A DNA stretch of 62,894 nt, counting the filler, from Asterionella formosa (lineage: Eukaryota): the NCBI GenBank assembly GCA_002256025.1. It is 15 parts of 15 records of this genome, joined end to end, with 100 filler letters (N's around TTAATTAATTAA, not from the genome) between each part and the next. Parts side by side here need not be neighbours in the genome. Positions count along the whole stretch, not along the records: positions 61,553 to 62,894 come from NKIB01002911.1; 14 more parts are not named here. The stretch is one strand, 5' to 3'. Numbering within the stretch: the stretch's first letter is position 1; each line of letters begins with the position of its first letter. Position numbers and translations under genes: made by a program. This document shows, piece after piece, positions 61,647-62,894 of this stretch. The notes beneath the pieces were generated by a model that was given only the letters and a program-made list of their open reading frames with translations, was not told where the DNA came from and did not search any database.

Positions 61647-62894
61647 ATCCAGGAAACAGGCGATATCGTGCGCTTGTGAAAGCCAAACAAATTTGCTACA
61701 TCAACGCCATTCGTCCAGAAAGGGGATCAGTAGCTGATCAAATCGTTAAAGATTGGCGAACAACTCAGCATCCTCCTGGTCGCTTCTTGAGGCTTAACCA
61801 AAAATCTGGCATGTGGGACGATGTCGGTGACGCCATGGCGAGAGAAAAGACAGCTCAGCTGTTCCGAGAAGTAAAGGCTTCAGAACTCCGACTCCAGAAA
61901 AGAAATAATACCAAGACCTGTGGAAAAGGTGCCGAAGAGGTGATCTCACAACCGATTATGGCTGCGAAGAAAGGCAAGTTGCGCCATACATCTCTGACTC
62001 GTTCGCAGCAACAGGCCGTACCAAAGCCGAAGAAACCACTTTTTAGTGGAAAAGGTAAAGAAAGACACGTCGAACCAACAACCACCAAAGTTCTTGACCT
62101 ACCAAATTCTCCGCCCTTTTATGCGTTGGAATTCGATGAACTCTCAGATGATGATGACTTTAGCCTTGCCGGCTTTACATGGGGCACTGAAAAAGCCATT
62201 CCAAGTCAAACCGATGCAAGCCAATCGACGCCGAATGAAGATCATAGCGACTCACCAAGAAGCGTCATTGGAAATTATCCCAGAGGAATCTGCATGAATC
62301 CTTACACAAAGGTTGTGGGTCCAATGTCTTCTTCCACCCCTGCAATATGCAATCAATGTTGGGGTCACTGTAAGGCTGGAAGACTTTCCAGCTTATCACA
62401 GAAAAATATGATGACAGGCATGGATCCTTTGGTGGGTGAAATAGGATTGCTCCATGCCACTCAACTTGACGAGTGTGTTGCTTCAAATGGCGTTTACCAG
62501 AGTCCATGCCAAGGGGAATATCTGCCTGTTGAGTTTGATTGCCGCAAGGCGAACAGTCATGGTCGACTTGTTCCCATTCTGAAAGACAACCCAAGAATGA
62601 ATGCTTCCGATAAATTTTCACATTCAGGTGATGTACCTGAGTGTACACGACATGTTGACAACGCTGCTCAGGAGCTTGAACCAATGGAGTTGCCTACTCC
62701 AATTTTGCTTCCTGGTCATAGTCCAGGCACTGCTTTTTCATCTACTACCGAGTTGTCATCTTCACCAAATTCCGATCCGGAATCTGGTAGCTTACGACAA
62801 TGTTGCGGTGAATCTCAAAGGTTCGTAGTAGAGCAAGATCACACGTTTCCTCCATTGATCCTTAAACAACCTGACAACAATGTCCATGTCAGGG
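61647..62894 (+). CDS. DUF6824-like domain protein, internal exon, partial (absent from the ORF track)
   Basis: After acceptor CATCAG (61646): PGNRRYRALV...IVKDWR...PPGRFL...MWDDVGD..AREKTAQLFRE; my manual translation stays open to the window end. Confidence 0.8.

Overview
This is not one locus. It is 15 whole contigs joined by 14 identical 100-bp artificial linkers (N44-TTAATTAATTAA-N44): two of 22,015 bp, then thirteen of 1,345 to 1,342 bp. Most sequence looks like a diatom nuclear genome: short GT-AG introns, signal peptide+F plastid presequences, a DUF6824-like domain and diatom-type Ty1/copia elements. Contig 1 is gene-rich (protease-less FtsH-like ATPase, fasciclin, HSL-family lipase, Med15-like KIX protein, Tic20, DUF2470 protein, two tandem PH-domain genes, Gep4/YqeG phosphatase). 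Contig 2 is mostly decayed transposons (three copia elements, one Mutator-like element). Two small contigs (44231-45575, 47120-48463) look bacterial. The most interesting signals are: (1) gene-upstream TACCGGTA/TACCWGGTA arrays that match the termini of a ~100-bp MITE and may be accumulated excision footprints or a specific target; (2) a multi-hairpin RNA-like element with a diverged second copy, abutting an antisense tRNA-derived Pol III cassette; (3) a copia Gag carrying an RNase H1-type hybrid-binding domain; (4) a copia with an in-frame gag stop followed by a hydrophobic segment. All calls come from reading motifs by eye; no searches were run.
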